From: Owenia fusiformis
Taxonomy: Eukaryota
Length of the DNA: 64,000 nt
Assembly (NCBI GenBank): GCA_903813345.2
Contig: CAIIXF020000001.1
Span: forward strand, 23,560,001 to 23,624,000
Reading direction: 5' to 3'
Shown: in pieces, positions 27,401 to 37,500 of the stretch
Layout: every line of letters begins with the position of its first letter
Numbering within the stretch: position 1 is the stretch's first letter
Notes under the pieces: generated by a model
What the model was told of the DNA's origin: nothing
What the model saw: only the letters and a program-made list of their open reading frames with translations
Database searches by the model: none
Made by a program: the position numbers and the translations under genes

Positions 27401-27984
27401 AATATCGAACAGCAGTACACACGGTAGGCTTGGTCTGTCAAGTCAATTCTCTACTATATATCGGGGGAAATGTGGAACTTTGAACCGGGTACCTGTTCAC
27501 CCGGTTTTTTACACAAACCCCCTATTAACCAACAACATAACAAGCATTTTGTTCTCTGTGGATCAGTTTTTTTCATAGCATGTGGCCTTCATATTTTTCT
27601 CGTGAAATTCACTGAATAAGATATCTAGCATATCTTGTTAATCATCTTCTAGCCTACAGTGACTCGCCTACTGATTAGACCATGGGCTTTCATCTCTTGA
27701 AAGCCCATGATTAGACATTGTGGGTTAGTATGTGGGTTACTAATCCAATAAGCATTGAAATGGCTAAAAGCATGATAGACGATAGTTTACACATGACACA
27801 ATTTAAACAAAGAAACCAAGTGACACTATACAGACTCACTGCATGAACTTGATGCCCGACTTGAAGGTAAAAAGAAGCCCGATGGTTGTAGCAACGAAAA
27901 TGTCAAAATTTTTCTGGACTGAAATTAGGCAATGTGTTACACAAAAGGGACAATACAAGATATGCTTACCCTTCCGGAAGGCAT
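451..27984 (-). CDS. DYNC2I1: Dynein-2 intermediate chain 1 (WD repeat protein 60); multi-exon, 3' end outside the window
   Basis: Exons traced by hand with consistent phases: 27970-27984 (MPSGR), 25515-25571 ([19 protein letters not shown]), 24991-25129, 24559-24665, 24064-24171, 23619-23816, 21750-21851, 21342-21446, 21012-21107, 19850-19930, 16657-16713, 14536-14646 (YNYDDDFE), 14272-14316, 11803-11895 ([12 protein letters not shown]), 11379-11624 ([11 protein letters not shown]...[21 protein letters not shown]), 6315-6426 ([31 protein letters not shown]), 5348-5442, 4842-4965, 4506-4582, 4173-4249 ([12 protein letters not shown]), 3732-3807, 3411-3519 ([11 protein letters not shown]), 3106-3181, 2430-2526 (GLSFQLAS), 1630-1748 ([16 protein letters not shown]), 1361-1442, 872-997, 451-496. 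These motifs match WDR60 as I recall it: charged N-terminus, IQTEEI light-chain motif, WD40 repeats. Confidence 0.95.
1018..1062. mobile_element. Very short TA-flanked Tc1/mariner-type MITE remnant
   Basis: TA|CAGGGTGACCCAAAA ... TTTCGGGTCACTCTG|TA: imperfect terminal inverted repeats on a 45-bp element. Confidence 0.5.
1545..1630. repeat. 43-bp tandem duplication that includes a WDR60 splice donor
   Basis: tgtcaaaa(a/t)gtgtgaagttttttgtatgtttcagccacttact occurs twice. Confidence 0.85.
5087..5195 (+). mobile_element. tRNA-derived SINE head or tRNA pseudogene
   Basis: A-box-like TAGCTCGGTGGTAGAG and B-box GGTTCAATCCC at tRNA spacing; acceptor and anticodon stems do not pair cleanly. Confidence 0.55.
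5680..6137 (+). mobile_element. Non-autonomous hAT element with decayed BED-finger remnant
   Basis: 8-bp TSD ATAAGAAT (5672-5679 and 6138-6145); imperfect TIRs TAAGGGTCTAACGGT...ACCGTGGGAGCCCTA; subterminal AACCG repeats; frameshifted YFGF...[15 protein letters not shown]. Confidence 0.8.
7120..7520. repeat. Degenerate GGTGTTCACTAGACACA-based repeats with a ~120-bp higher-order unit
   Basis: Many gtgttcactaga copies; the block tagatacaggtttt(a)(t/c)tgcactgca recurs at about 7199, 7312 and 7422. Confidence 0.7.
8104..9330 (+). CDS. TIR-domain protein with hydrophobic hairpin and TMEM268/DUF4481-like C-terminal region; nested antisense in WDR60 intron 6427-11378
   Basis: 408-aa uninterrupted ORF. 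TIR box 1 [11 protein letters not shown], box 2 RDFMPG, WCNTE (E86), [11 protein letters not shown]. Hydrophobic segment at aa 227-257. C-terminal YDLKPC and [22 protein letters not shown] at 9379-9384. Confidence 0.9.
   Translation: MAEIELPETKEYHLFFGYATSDGERMKNIVKKLEKSPYNIKCAYGQRDFMPGCDNINEIDRCILKSMKTVLLITPAFLESCWCNTELSKAHDLRIRGLANMVPVKLENCEIPVSINYMSYLDAVHMNDEELVKKIWQSLKQNPDDLSGYLREAVAINGSHFSIHGKYNMGITYSLKGIIHRRWDAIQFQREDELKEGLEQRKIEMSGDTLREIMDNIQQYYGKLNTMLATILVFILIILGFYSNALLFMLMFLGYLYKAYMYHQRICCRMLSKHSISLGHKHKVLLNINFTVDSIVLNIMKYDLKPCLEHWQQRITQRGNLLATNKNVLKMIVLSINAKLYGKKHQDEPLLAYLNEECLDTTQVHLHGYMNDLINNQLENAITNRHPVIHGKQCFCQYIEKKILQKRH
9596..11110. mobile_element. Non-autonomous DNA transposon with CAG termini and 5-bp TSD (possibly hAT5-like)
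   Basis: Perfect 29-bp TIR CAGTGGAGACGATAACCCCATTTAACGTG, imperfect to ~70 bp; TSD AGCTA at 9591-9595 and 11111-11115. Confidence 0.85.
9810..10103. mobile_element. MITE nested in the 9596-11110 element
   Basis: TIR CAGGCCTGTCAACT / AGTTGACAGCCCTG; near-TSD CAACACG/CAACAGG (7 bp, 1 mismatch); internal GTCACGC repeats. Confidence 0.7.
13662..13685 (-). CDS. Candidate 24-nt WDR60 microexon (SARGNKKK)
   Basis: ttttgctag|TCTGCTAGAGGAAACAAGAAAAAG|gtttgg; phase 0-0, in frame. Confidence 0.35.
14980..15559. mobile_element. hAT-type MITE
   Basis: 8-bp TSD ACTTATAT (14972-14979 and 15560-15567); TIR TAGAGGTGTCAA/TTGACACCACTA; TTAACCGG subterminal repeats; internal ~130-bp tandem duplication. Confidence 0.85.
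16051..16201. mobile_element. 151-bp MITE with G/C tracts and 5-bp TSD
   Basis: TIR CAGGCCCGTAGCCAGG / CCTGGCTACGGGCCTG; CATAC on both flanks. Confidence 0.85.
16890..18060. repeat. Minisatellite, 32-bp unit, about 36 copies
   Basis: Unit attgtaaatgtg(a/g)cattgtttactg(ta/tc/at)tgcat; period 32. Confidence 0.95.
18061..18677. mobile_element. Non-autonomous element inserted into the minisatellite
   Basis: CpG-richer insert with ends ATTGTTAGTACCTC...GAGGTCAACAAT and internal GTTGACC/GGTCAAC inverted motifs; the satellite register resumes after it. Confidence 0.6.
18678..18857. repeat. Minisatellite continuation, 31-bp variant unit
   Basis: actgtatgtctctgtgtatgtgacattgttt, about 5-6 copies. 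Confidence 0.9.
20591..20815 (-). CDS. Candidate 225-nt cassette exon of WDR60 (75 aa, Ser/Lys-rich)
   Basis: tttttag|CCCATAAAG...TTAACA|gtgaga; open reading frame in phase 0-0 ([27 protein letters not shown]...KGKITLT). Confidence 0.55.
22106..22139. mobile_element. 34-bp palindromic transposon footprint with 7-bp TSD
   Basis: CATGTAT|CATGGGCTTTCAACTAG-CTAATTGAAAGCCCATG|CATGTAT. Confidence 0.75.
22148..23129 (+). mobile_element. Tc1/mariner relic with long TIRs and a transposase C-terminal fragment
   Basis: TA|CAGGGCGTATCAAAAAAA...TTTTTTTGATACGCACTG|TA with ~200-bp imperfect TIRs; internal [17 protein letters not shown] resembles the WPxxSPDLxxxDFFLWGYLK motif. Confidence 0.85.
26584..27520. 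mobile_element. MULE-like non-autonomous element with a nested ACGT-rich repeat element
   Basis: TIR GGGTTTGTGTAAAAAA / TTTTTTACACAAACCC; flanks CCTAACCAAC and CCT(ATT)AACCAAC (about 10-bp TSD with an indel); inner ACGT-rich segment about 26640-27360 ending TGTTTGCTGG. Confidence 0.65.
27681..27709. mobile_element. 29-bp palindromic transposon footprint with 7-bp TSD
   Basis: ATTAGAC|CATGGGCTTTCATCTCTTGAAAGCCCATG|ATTAGAC; same ends as 22106-22139. Confidence 0.75.
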
Positions 27985-28588
27985 TCTTAAGCAACGGATT
28001 TGTATGGTTACGCCCCTTAATAATGGGAGGCGACGCAAAATCCAATCAAAGTGGAGAAATTTGTAAATTCGCGGTCGCCATGATTGAGACGAAAAATATT
28101 TCTTCTCTGCGCGTGCGCACAGGTGCTTTTCTGTAGTCGTAAATAGGTCAACTTTGTTTACCTCAAGAGTTATAAACATCCTAAATGAACAAATTGCACT
28201 AAATTCATAAAATTGAATGTTTTGTTCTATGTTGAAAGTATCAAAAATATATACTAAGCGTTTGATTTAAGTCATTTGACGACATTGAAATAGGTCAACC
28301 AGGTGGACGGTTCCATGTTTCACCTAAGAAATGGATGGCACCATAAAGAAAACGAGCAAATGAACTCAAATGATTATAGAAGCTTTTACAGTCTAATGTA
28401 TTAATACTTAGATAATTATTTGAATCATTTACATGCCATTTTTGTCTGTGACTATAATTATTGAGGATGGTATCATAGCGTAATTTAACTTATCACCCCT
28501 GTGCAAAATCGAGGTAATCCAAAATAGTGGGAACAATTTTTTATCAAGTTCCAAACAGCTCTGGAATTTGGTTGTTTTCTTCGTTAGT
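27985..28588. promoter_or_regulatory. Putative bidirectional promoter shared by WDR60 and ESYT
   Basis: Divergent ATGs about 600 bp apart; local CpG enrichment; NRF1-like TGCGCGTGCGCA at 28108-28119; CGCCAT motif at about 28076. Confidence 0.65.
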
Positions 28589-31500
28589 ATGGCTGATCAA
28601 GGCTCTAAAAAGGCTACTAAGAAGCTAGCAAACGAAGATGATCAACTGCTTCCGTTCATTACCAGCTATTTCAAAAACTGTGGACTTGTAGGCTTAATTT
28701 TCGGAGCGGGATATTTCAACTTCAGCATTGCCTGGCCTATTTTTGGACTTCTCATTTTTATGTGGAATGAGAAAAGAAAACGAGCAAGACAGTATAGAAT
28801 CGACACAACACACGCTCTTGTAAAAGATGAGAAAGCAACTGTCCTGGCCAGAGTCGATGAACTCCCATCTTGGGTAAGTATTAGTGTTATCGCGATAATC
28901 GATATAGAATCTATCGCAATGCACATCGCCAAAAGTGATTCTGGAATCTCAGCTCAGAGCTTGTTGCCAGAAGAAGTGAGTAGCTCCCATAATTCTTTCA
29001 TATTCTATGGTATTCAGGGATTCCTCATTAAGTCATCTCCCTGATCATCTCTAATCAAATTGCAGGATGCGATCACGTGAACATGAGCACGTGCTCTCTC
29101 AGGGCTGCGCAAAGTAAAATGTGAAATCGTGGAAATGGTGTTAACATCAGTTCAATATCATTTTAAACCTACAGTAATACTATTGAAGATACTCGATCCA
29201 AACTTATATAGAATACCCATAAAACTACAGCGAACATTGGAGATTCAGTTCAATGGCAAATGAGGCCTGTTTATAAAATTTGTTTTCGAACGTGCCAATA
29301 TGAAAGGTCATCTTTGGGAAATCTCCCCCCCCCCTGCTTGTTGCAAGACTTATGCCTGGCCCAACCATCACTGTGTTAATAACTGTTTTTAAGTTTCGCT
29401 AGAATCCTGCCATAACCGTGGTATTGTTATTGTGAAAGCCTGGTGTAACTGTGACAATGCTGTATTATATTGCAAGGCCTGTCATGACCGTGGTAATGTT
29501 AAAGCCTGATATGATCTTGACAATGCTATATTATATTGCAAGGCCTGTCATGACTATGGTAATGTTTGTATGGAAATGTCTCTAAAACCTGCGAATCAAC
29601 TTGTAAGGGCAGCAGAAACATTATGCAATGCATTATTGTTTCATAATGAACTTAGCAGCTACATTGGTAAAATAGTGAAGTCATCACAGTGCATTATGGT
29701 TTCATATAGAATGGGATATTGTCGTTTTTTTTATAAAAGAGTGATAGTTATTTCAATTGCATTAAAGAACTGGCCTGTATCATTCTTTCTTGGATTTCAA
29801 AGCAATCATGTATGAAATAACCCATTCTGATAATGTACTGGCTGTTACATAATATTACTACATATGAAACAAGAGTCGAGTCATATAGTTGTTGTAATAT
29901 CTATTTCTAATAAGAGCTGTTTATTGGTAGCTTACAAGCATACAAGTGAAGGGTGTGTATGTAATACAATCTAATAACAAACTATACTATCTCGTGACAT
30001 AGGATATGTTTTAAGAGGGGTTGTATCACAAGTACAATACAATATGAAACATCCTTCCTTTTCTGAAAGTTTGAGATAATCCCTTAATTAGAAAATATAG
30101 GTGACCTGATTTAAGTTCTCTGTTTCAATTAATTATTTAAGGTCATGGTTAAAGGTTTACTAGGATAGTTAATTAAAACATCTGGTGACCACACCATCTA
30201 AGTAGGTTGATTAATGTGACATATTCCTGGTACCAGAACTCAGTTATCAGCATTTGCAAGGAAGCATAAACAAGCTGTCAATTAAACATGATATATAATG
30301 TCCTTGAATCTTGCTATAAACCAAATACATGTATGGCTTCATTGTTTTCAAGCTTTAACATTGGAATATAAAAAAGTGTTCCTCTAAAAGTAATTTTTAG
30401 CTGCTTCATGTATGAACTCAAGAATTTTGGGTGTAACTAAGAATTTTCACAAATTAATGTTCTTAGAAGTTGTTGCTATTTTCCAGAGTTCAGATAATAA
30501 TTTCATGCACTATGTAATTGATTATAAGCGATTATAATGTTTATTCTCATAGTCCTTTTCCATAGCAGTAGTCATCATATAAATCAGTTCATATCACTTT
30601 AGTATCATATTACTTTGAGAACTTTGTATCATAATCAGCCAAATAATTGGGTGGTTTTTTATCTCTACTAGGTCTGCTTTTCACAGGTGTTTTCACAGTA
30701 GGGCTATTGCTAAAGTTAGGCGTTTCCCTATTACTTTCTTGATAGATCTTTGGTGTTGCTTGTTTGGATTTTATTGGAGTTGGAGAAGAGATTTTAGTTG
30801 GAGATAATTGGACAGGTTTTGGTTCAGGGCATGATGAATTGGAATTTGAAATGGGAGGGGTTGGTTTCTCTGAGGAATATCGCAGATGAACTCTATTCCG
30901 TCTCAATAAGTCACCTTTGTCAGTTTCAACCTCATATGATCTTTCATCTAATCTTCTATGAATAGTTGCCTTTTTCCAACTTTTGTCACCTAATTTGAAA
31001 GGTTTCATTCTAACTGTCTGACCTTCTTCAAGAGGCTTCAAATCTTTGGTGTTTCTATTGAAATATTTTTGTTGTCTTTCTTGTTTATTTTTCAATTTTT
31101 CTCTGTCAATTTTGTTAAAACCTCTTGACATCAGTAGACTATTGGAAGTAGGTAACAACGTTTTAGTTCGCCTGTTCATGAGCCTTTGTGAGGGGCTACT
31201 ATCCATGTCCTGAGTAGGTGTGTTTCTATAGTCCAGAAGAGCTAGGTATATGTCAGATTTTGACTTCTTACATTTTCTCAACAGTTTTTTAGCAATTTTC
31301 ACGGCTGATTCGACTTTCCCATTAGCCTTACTGTTATGTGGAGAAATAGTAAAATGATCAAAATCCCATTCATGAGAAAATTGTCTAAATTCATCTGAGA
31401 TGAATTGTCCTGCATTGTCACTAATTACCTTATCAGGTATGCCATGTCTGGAAAAGTTTGCTTTTAGCTTTCTGATCACTGTAGATGACTTCATGTCAGG

Positions 31501-34500
31501 TATATAGTCAAGTTCAAAAAAGCTACTGAAGTAGTCAACTGTCACTAAATATTCTTTGTTTTCAAATTCGAACAAATCAGTGCCCACATCTTGCCAAGGT
31601 CGATCAGGTATATCATGGCTCATCAGCTTTTCATTTGTCTGTGATGTTTCAAATTCTCTACAGATAGAGCATTCAGAGACAAATTGTTTGATTTCAGATT
31701 GCATGCTGGGCCAGTATATATATTCTCTAGCACGTCTTTGGCAACCATTTATTCCCAAGTGTGAAGAGTGTATTTTTTCTTTCATTAGAGGTCTGAGTTT
31801 TTCAGGAATGATAACTCGTTCACCACGAAAGATAAGACCATCTTGAACAGATAACTCATCTCTCATGTTGAAATAGGGATGAACAAGACTATGTAAGTGA
31901 ATTTTTTCATTAGGCCAGCCATTCAGAATGACCTTTTTTAGTTCTTGGAGAGTTTCGTCATTTTCTGTCTTCAGTCTTATGTCATCAAGTCTTTTTGAAG
32001 TAATAGGCAGGTAAGATGCCATGTTTACTCTTTCAGTTTTGTCAGAAGAACTGTCAGACTTGAGATAAGCTCGAGAAAGAGTATCAGCCAAATACATGAG
32101 TTTACCAGGTTGGTATTTAACTTCAATGTCATATCTTTGCAATCTCATCATCATTTGCTGAAGTCTTTTAGGAGCTCGATCTAGTGGTTTTTTCAGTATG
32201 CTTTCTAAAGGTTTATGGTCTGTATGTACGACTACTTTACGTCCATAAGTCATGTGGTGCCATTTTTTCACAGACCAACATACTGCCAGAAGTTCTTTTT
32301 CTATTTGAGCATATCGAGTTTCAGTGTCTGTTAATGCTCTACTTGCATAAGCAATTGGTTGTCCATTTTGCAGAGGACATGCGCCAAGTCCAGTTTGACT
32401 TGCATCACATTGTATAGTCAGTTCTTTTGTCGGATCATAGTATTGTAAGATTGGAGTGTTTGTGACCATTTTCTTCATTTTAGTGAAAGCAGTTTCTTGA
32501 GATGGTCCCCAGTACCAGCTTACATCTTTCTTAGTCAATTGTCTGATCGGTTCAAGTACATCAGATATACCTGGGAGAAACTTTGCCAGGTATTGCACAA
32601 AGCCATTAATTCTTTGTACTCCAGTTACATCAGTTGGTCTAGGCATGTCAATCACAGCCTTTATCTTTTCAGGATCCGCCTTTAAACCATCAGCTGTCAA
32701 AAGATGACCCATAAACTTGACCTCAGTTTGTCTAAGTTTCATTTTGAGTTTATTCAAGACAATGTTTTGTTCCCGACATCTTTGCAAGAACATTTTCAGT
32801 TTTTTGTCATGGTCAATACTTGCATCTTCGTCAGTTTCACCTTGACCATAAATCAGTATGTCATCAGCTATACAGATAACACCTTCTAGGCCTTCAAGTG
32901 CCATATTGAGTCTTTTTTGAAAGATTTCACTAGAAACATTCAAACCAAATGGAAGTCTGAGCCACTTGTATCTTCCAAAAGGAGTCATAAATGTTGTCAG
33001 TTCACTAGAGTCTTCATCAAGTACTAGGTGATGAAATCCATTTTTGCAGTCAAAAATACTCATAAGTTTCTTTTTGCCTTTTGAGAGTTTGTGTGACACA
33101 TCATCAAGCACAGGTAATTGATAGTGTTCACGTTTCAGAGCCTTATTCAGAGGTCTAGGGTCTATACATACCCTAATATCACCATTTTTCTTGGGTGGCA
33201 AAGCTATGCTACTCACCCATTTAGTAGGTTTGTCAACAGGTTTTATAACATTTTGAGATGTCATTTTGTCAAGCTTTTCTTTGAGCTTACGTCTAACTGA
33301 GATAGGCACAGTCTGTCTAGTCACTGTGTTCGGAGTTACAGTATCATCAGTTCTAAGAGTAACACGTCCAGGTAATGTACCAAAATCACCTTCAAACACG
33401 TCTTTGTACTCTGTACACAGGTCTTCAGCCGTCATTTTAAGAACAGGTGCTGATAAGAATTTATCATCATTTACAGTAATGAGGTCCATTAACTGTGCAG
33501 TCTTTGACCCTAAGAGAGGAGTCTGGTCATTTTCAACAACAATGAATTTTACAGAGTATCTAGTTTTTGTTTTGGGGTTTTTCAGAGTGAGAGAGACTTT
33601 TCCCCTGGGTTTATATGTAGAAGAGTTCCACATCTTAAGAGTAGTAGCAGTAGATTTGATTGAGACATTTTCTGGGACATATTTCACAGGGAGGAGATTG
33701 GGTGTAGCACCAGTATCTACTTGGAAAGTAACAAGAGATTTGCCTACCTTCATTATTGCACCCACAGAGTCCTGTTTTGTCCGAGACTTTGCCATATTTA
33801 TTGATGTTAGAGCATCAACATAGTCCTCTGATGAATTGTCTTCATCTGACGAGTCTTCAACAATACGCACACGCTTTTGCTTGGGGCATTTCGCTGCAAA
33901 ATGATTCTTCTCTTTGCAGTTATTACAAGTACGACCCCAGGCCGGACAGAGTTCCTTTTTGAGCTTATGGTGCGTCGTGCAGTATCTGCATTTCCCATCT
34001 ATGGCATCAGTATTAGCCTTCGGCTTCTTTTTCCACTTCATTTTGCGCACTTTATTCACTGTAGTAGATATAGATAGTCCTTGAATATTGTCCAAATGAA
34101 GTTGGGTACTTTCGGCACTACGACAGATGTCAATACACCGATTTAGAGTGAGATCACGTTCCTCCAGCAGACGTTTCCTTGTGGTACCTTCCTTGGAGTC
34201 TTTGATACCAAGCACAAGACGATCACGTAGTAGTGATTCACGTAAACAATCACAAAAACCACAGGTTTTCTGGAGAGCCTTCAACTCATACAAATATGTA
34301 TCGAAAGATTCCTCTTCTTTTTGCTTTCTAGAGTTGAACTTATACCGTTCATAGGTTTCATTGACTTCACCAAGCGCAAAGTCCGTGAATGCTTTTATGA
34401 TATCTTCAAGTGTCATCATCTCCGCATTTGCCAATGGAAGTCCATTATAGATTTTTAGGGCATCTGCTCCTATTGCATGTTGAAATAGTGCAATCTTGTA

Positions 34501-37500
34501 TTTTTCACTTTGGCTTTCAACATTTGCCAGTATACAATAGTTTTCCCACTGTTGTTTCCAAAGTTTCCAGTTTTCAGAGAGATTCTCTATATCCAGTTTG
34601 TTTGGAGGATGAAGTCCACTGACTTTCTGATATCTACGGTCTGCTGGTTCCGTTTCGACTTGTAATTGTTCAGCTTCAGCCATTTTGAGCAAGAGTTCTT
34701 TTTATCCAGAGACTGAGTTATTAATGTAAAATCCAGAGAGACTTTTTACATTTTTAGAGTTTTATCCAGAGAGATACAGTCAGTTCTGCTCCGCTGCCGC
34801 CATGTTACATAATATTACTACATATGAAACAAGAGTCGAGTCATATAGTTGTTGTAATATCTATTTCTAATAAGAGCTGTTTATTGGTAGCTTACAAGCA
34901 TACAAGTGAAGGGTGTGTATGTAATACAATCTAATAACAAACTATACTATCACGTGACATAGGATATGTTTTAAGAGGGGTTGTATCACAAGTACAATAC
35001 AATATGAAACACTGGCCTCCACCCTCATGCATCTTGTTTATTGATTAATGTATGCTCTCATGCTTTTAAATTTCAATTAAATAATGATACAGGTTTCTTT
35101 ATTACTTAAATCAGTTTTCTAAAAGTATATATACACCTGTATGCACTTCTGGATTCTACAAATTAGATGATGTTTACTGTTGATTATGTGAAAAATGCAA
35201 TCAATTTTAACATTATCATGGATTACCATGGTAATCTCTTCATTTGGAATTACAGATTGCCATGGACTGTGGGGTTATAGTTACTTTCATTTTACATAAT
35301 TAACAGTCACCATTGCTTCATTATTGAATATATATACCATATGTGCATGATGATAGTTCTTATTGCATAAAAATTCAGAACCCCCAGTCCATTATCTGAT
35401 AAACTTCAGTGATTAATACAGATCTTAAAAAACAAAAAGGGTGGGTTTAACAATTTAACATTAACAACATGAAGCTCAATGAAAATGCTAATTTTTATCG
35501 TTGTAGCTATGCATTGACATTATGACATTTTTTTATGTGATTTTATGAGCTTGTTGTTTGATATTGCACTTAAACGAAGAGCCCAATGAATAAATCAGCC
35601 TCCAACTAAAGTTTAGTGAGGGGGAGTAAGACTCGATGGTAATTTACTGATATAGTGCTTTTGATGTTTGCCATTGACGATTGTCATACATTCTTGTTTG
35701 GAAATCAACATTTGAAGAATGGGGATGAGGTCAAGAATCAAGACATGATAAACTAAGGATATCTTGAAGGTTCACAATATACATTTTGACTTAACCTTTG
35801 ATATTAACTACATGAGTAAATTACAGAAGTAATAGTTGCATTTGCCCTAAGAGAAAAAATTCAATCCAAAAAGATACATCCAACACTTTATACAGTATAT
35901 TTTTCTTCACTTCAGCTCAACAATATTCAACTTCAACAAAACTTATTGTAAATGAAACATCTTGTTTTAGTTAAAGGTGTTCATCTTAGGAGGTGTTCCA
36001 AGTTATGGTTCACTGGACTCAAGTCAGTGTTCTACTTATATAAAGGTTTTCCACTTAAACTAGGTTTTACTGTATTTTTAAATCATGATAGGATAAGTTA
36101 TATTTAGATTACTTCGAACTTGAAGTCAGGTTACTGATAAAAACATTCCCTAAATCAGTTAATGTGGAAAGATTAGAGTCGCTTGTATGTTATCCCACTG
36201 AATGAAGTTGTAGGGATATAGAAAAGCCATTGGTCTGTCTGTTCATCTGTCTGGGCAATAACTCAAAAACCAGTTGACAGATTTGGTTAATTTTATAGGC
36301 TTATGGCTTATAGGTGTAGAACCTCAGCTCTAGAAGGAATGACTGCTCAATTCAAAATAGGTTCCGTTTTCATGAAAAAATGTAACCTTTGATTGAATAC
36401 CAGTTGTTGGATTTAAAGAAAATTTTATACGATTGCTTAAATCACATCTTTGGTGCAGATTTTACTAATAAGGAGACACTACTCCTGTTATTTCCTGTTA
36501 TGTTTTGTTTGGTGGGATTTGGTACTCCTTGGAGTTGCTGTTTTCTAGTTAAGATAGAGCCACATGATGAGTATGTTCATCTAATTTTACCGATAATTAA
36601 TGAAATACATAATTTTTTCTTTTTTTAGTATTTACACATTGTTATGAAATACAAAGTTCAAAATTGAAATATTTTAGTTAAAATTATGTTAGAATGACAT
36701 TTCCCATATATTTTTATTATTTTAGCTTAGTTTGAATCAGTTTATAAAATGGAATTTGATATGAAAGATAAAACTTGAAGTTGAATGTGTTCCAGCAATA
36801 ACAGTCATAAAAAGTCATTTTGTACAGTAAACTACTAAACACTATAAAAACACTATAGTTTATAAAGCCCTCATGTAGTTGAATAAAGTTGATAGGATGC
36901 TGTGCACATCCTATGAAAATCTTAAATTACTTACAAGTTGGTGTAAACATGTACATTAGATAGTAATAGGTTATTTACAATGTTATACAGTGTAACCTGT
37001 AAAGTGGAACACCTCTGTAAGTGGAACACTTTTTGGAGTTCAAATACCAACTGACTTAATGTTGAATGAACCTAAATAAGTGGAACACCTCCTATTAGGG
37101 GAACACTTTATAGAGTACAAAAGACAGGTTTTACTGTCCATTGAATGATTAAAAATATTTAGCTCAAATAAAGCCGCAGGGTAGAATTGTTTGCAGACAG
37201 TATCATGAGGTATAGCCAGTGTGTATCATGAGGTATAGCCAGTGTGTAACATGAGGTATAGCCAGTGTGTATCATGAGGTATAGCCAGTATATATCATGA
37301 GGTATAGCCAGTATATATCATGAGGTATAGCCAGTGTGTATCATGAGGTATAGCCAGTATGTATCATGAGGTATAGCCAGTGTATATCATGAGGTATAGC
37401 CAGTGTGTATCATGAGGTATAGCCAGTGTGTATCATGAGGTATAGCCAGTGTGTATCATGAGGTATAGCCAGTGTGTATCATGAGGTATAGCCAGTGTAT

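Larger units (their letters stand above)
29843..35011 (-). mobile_element. Full-length Ty3/Gypsy LTR retrotransposon (Mag-like)
   Basis: 209-bp TG...CA LTRs at 29843-30051 and 34803-35011 with one visible mismatch; 5-bp TSD CTGGC; PBS TGGCGGCAGCGG (34791-34802, minus strand); PPT at 30052-30063. Confidence 0.97.

Noticed and set aside
28874-29044. Extension of the ESYT first exon to 158 aa as in the ORF track
   Set aside because: Homology ends at LPSW followed by a GTAAGT donor; the rest is intron read-through
30064-30609. env-like third ORF in the Gypsy element
   Set aside because: AT-rich, about 550 bp, with no ORF; it is 3' untranslated sequence
31556-34622. Plus-strand ORFs within the retrotransposon (for example 33266-33823)
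   Set aside because: Antisense shadows of Gag-Pol with no recognisable motifs
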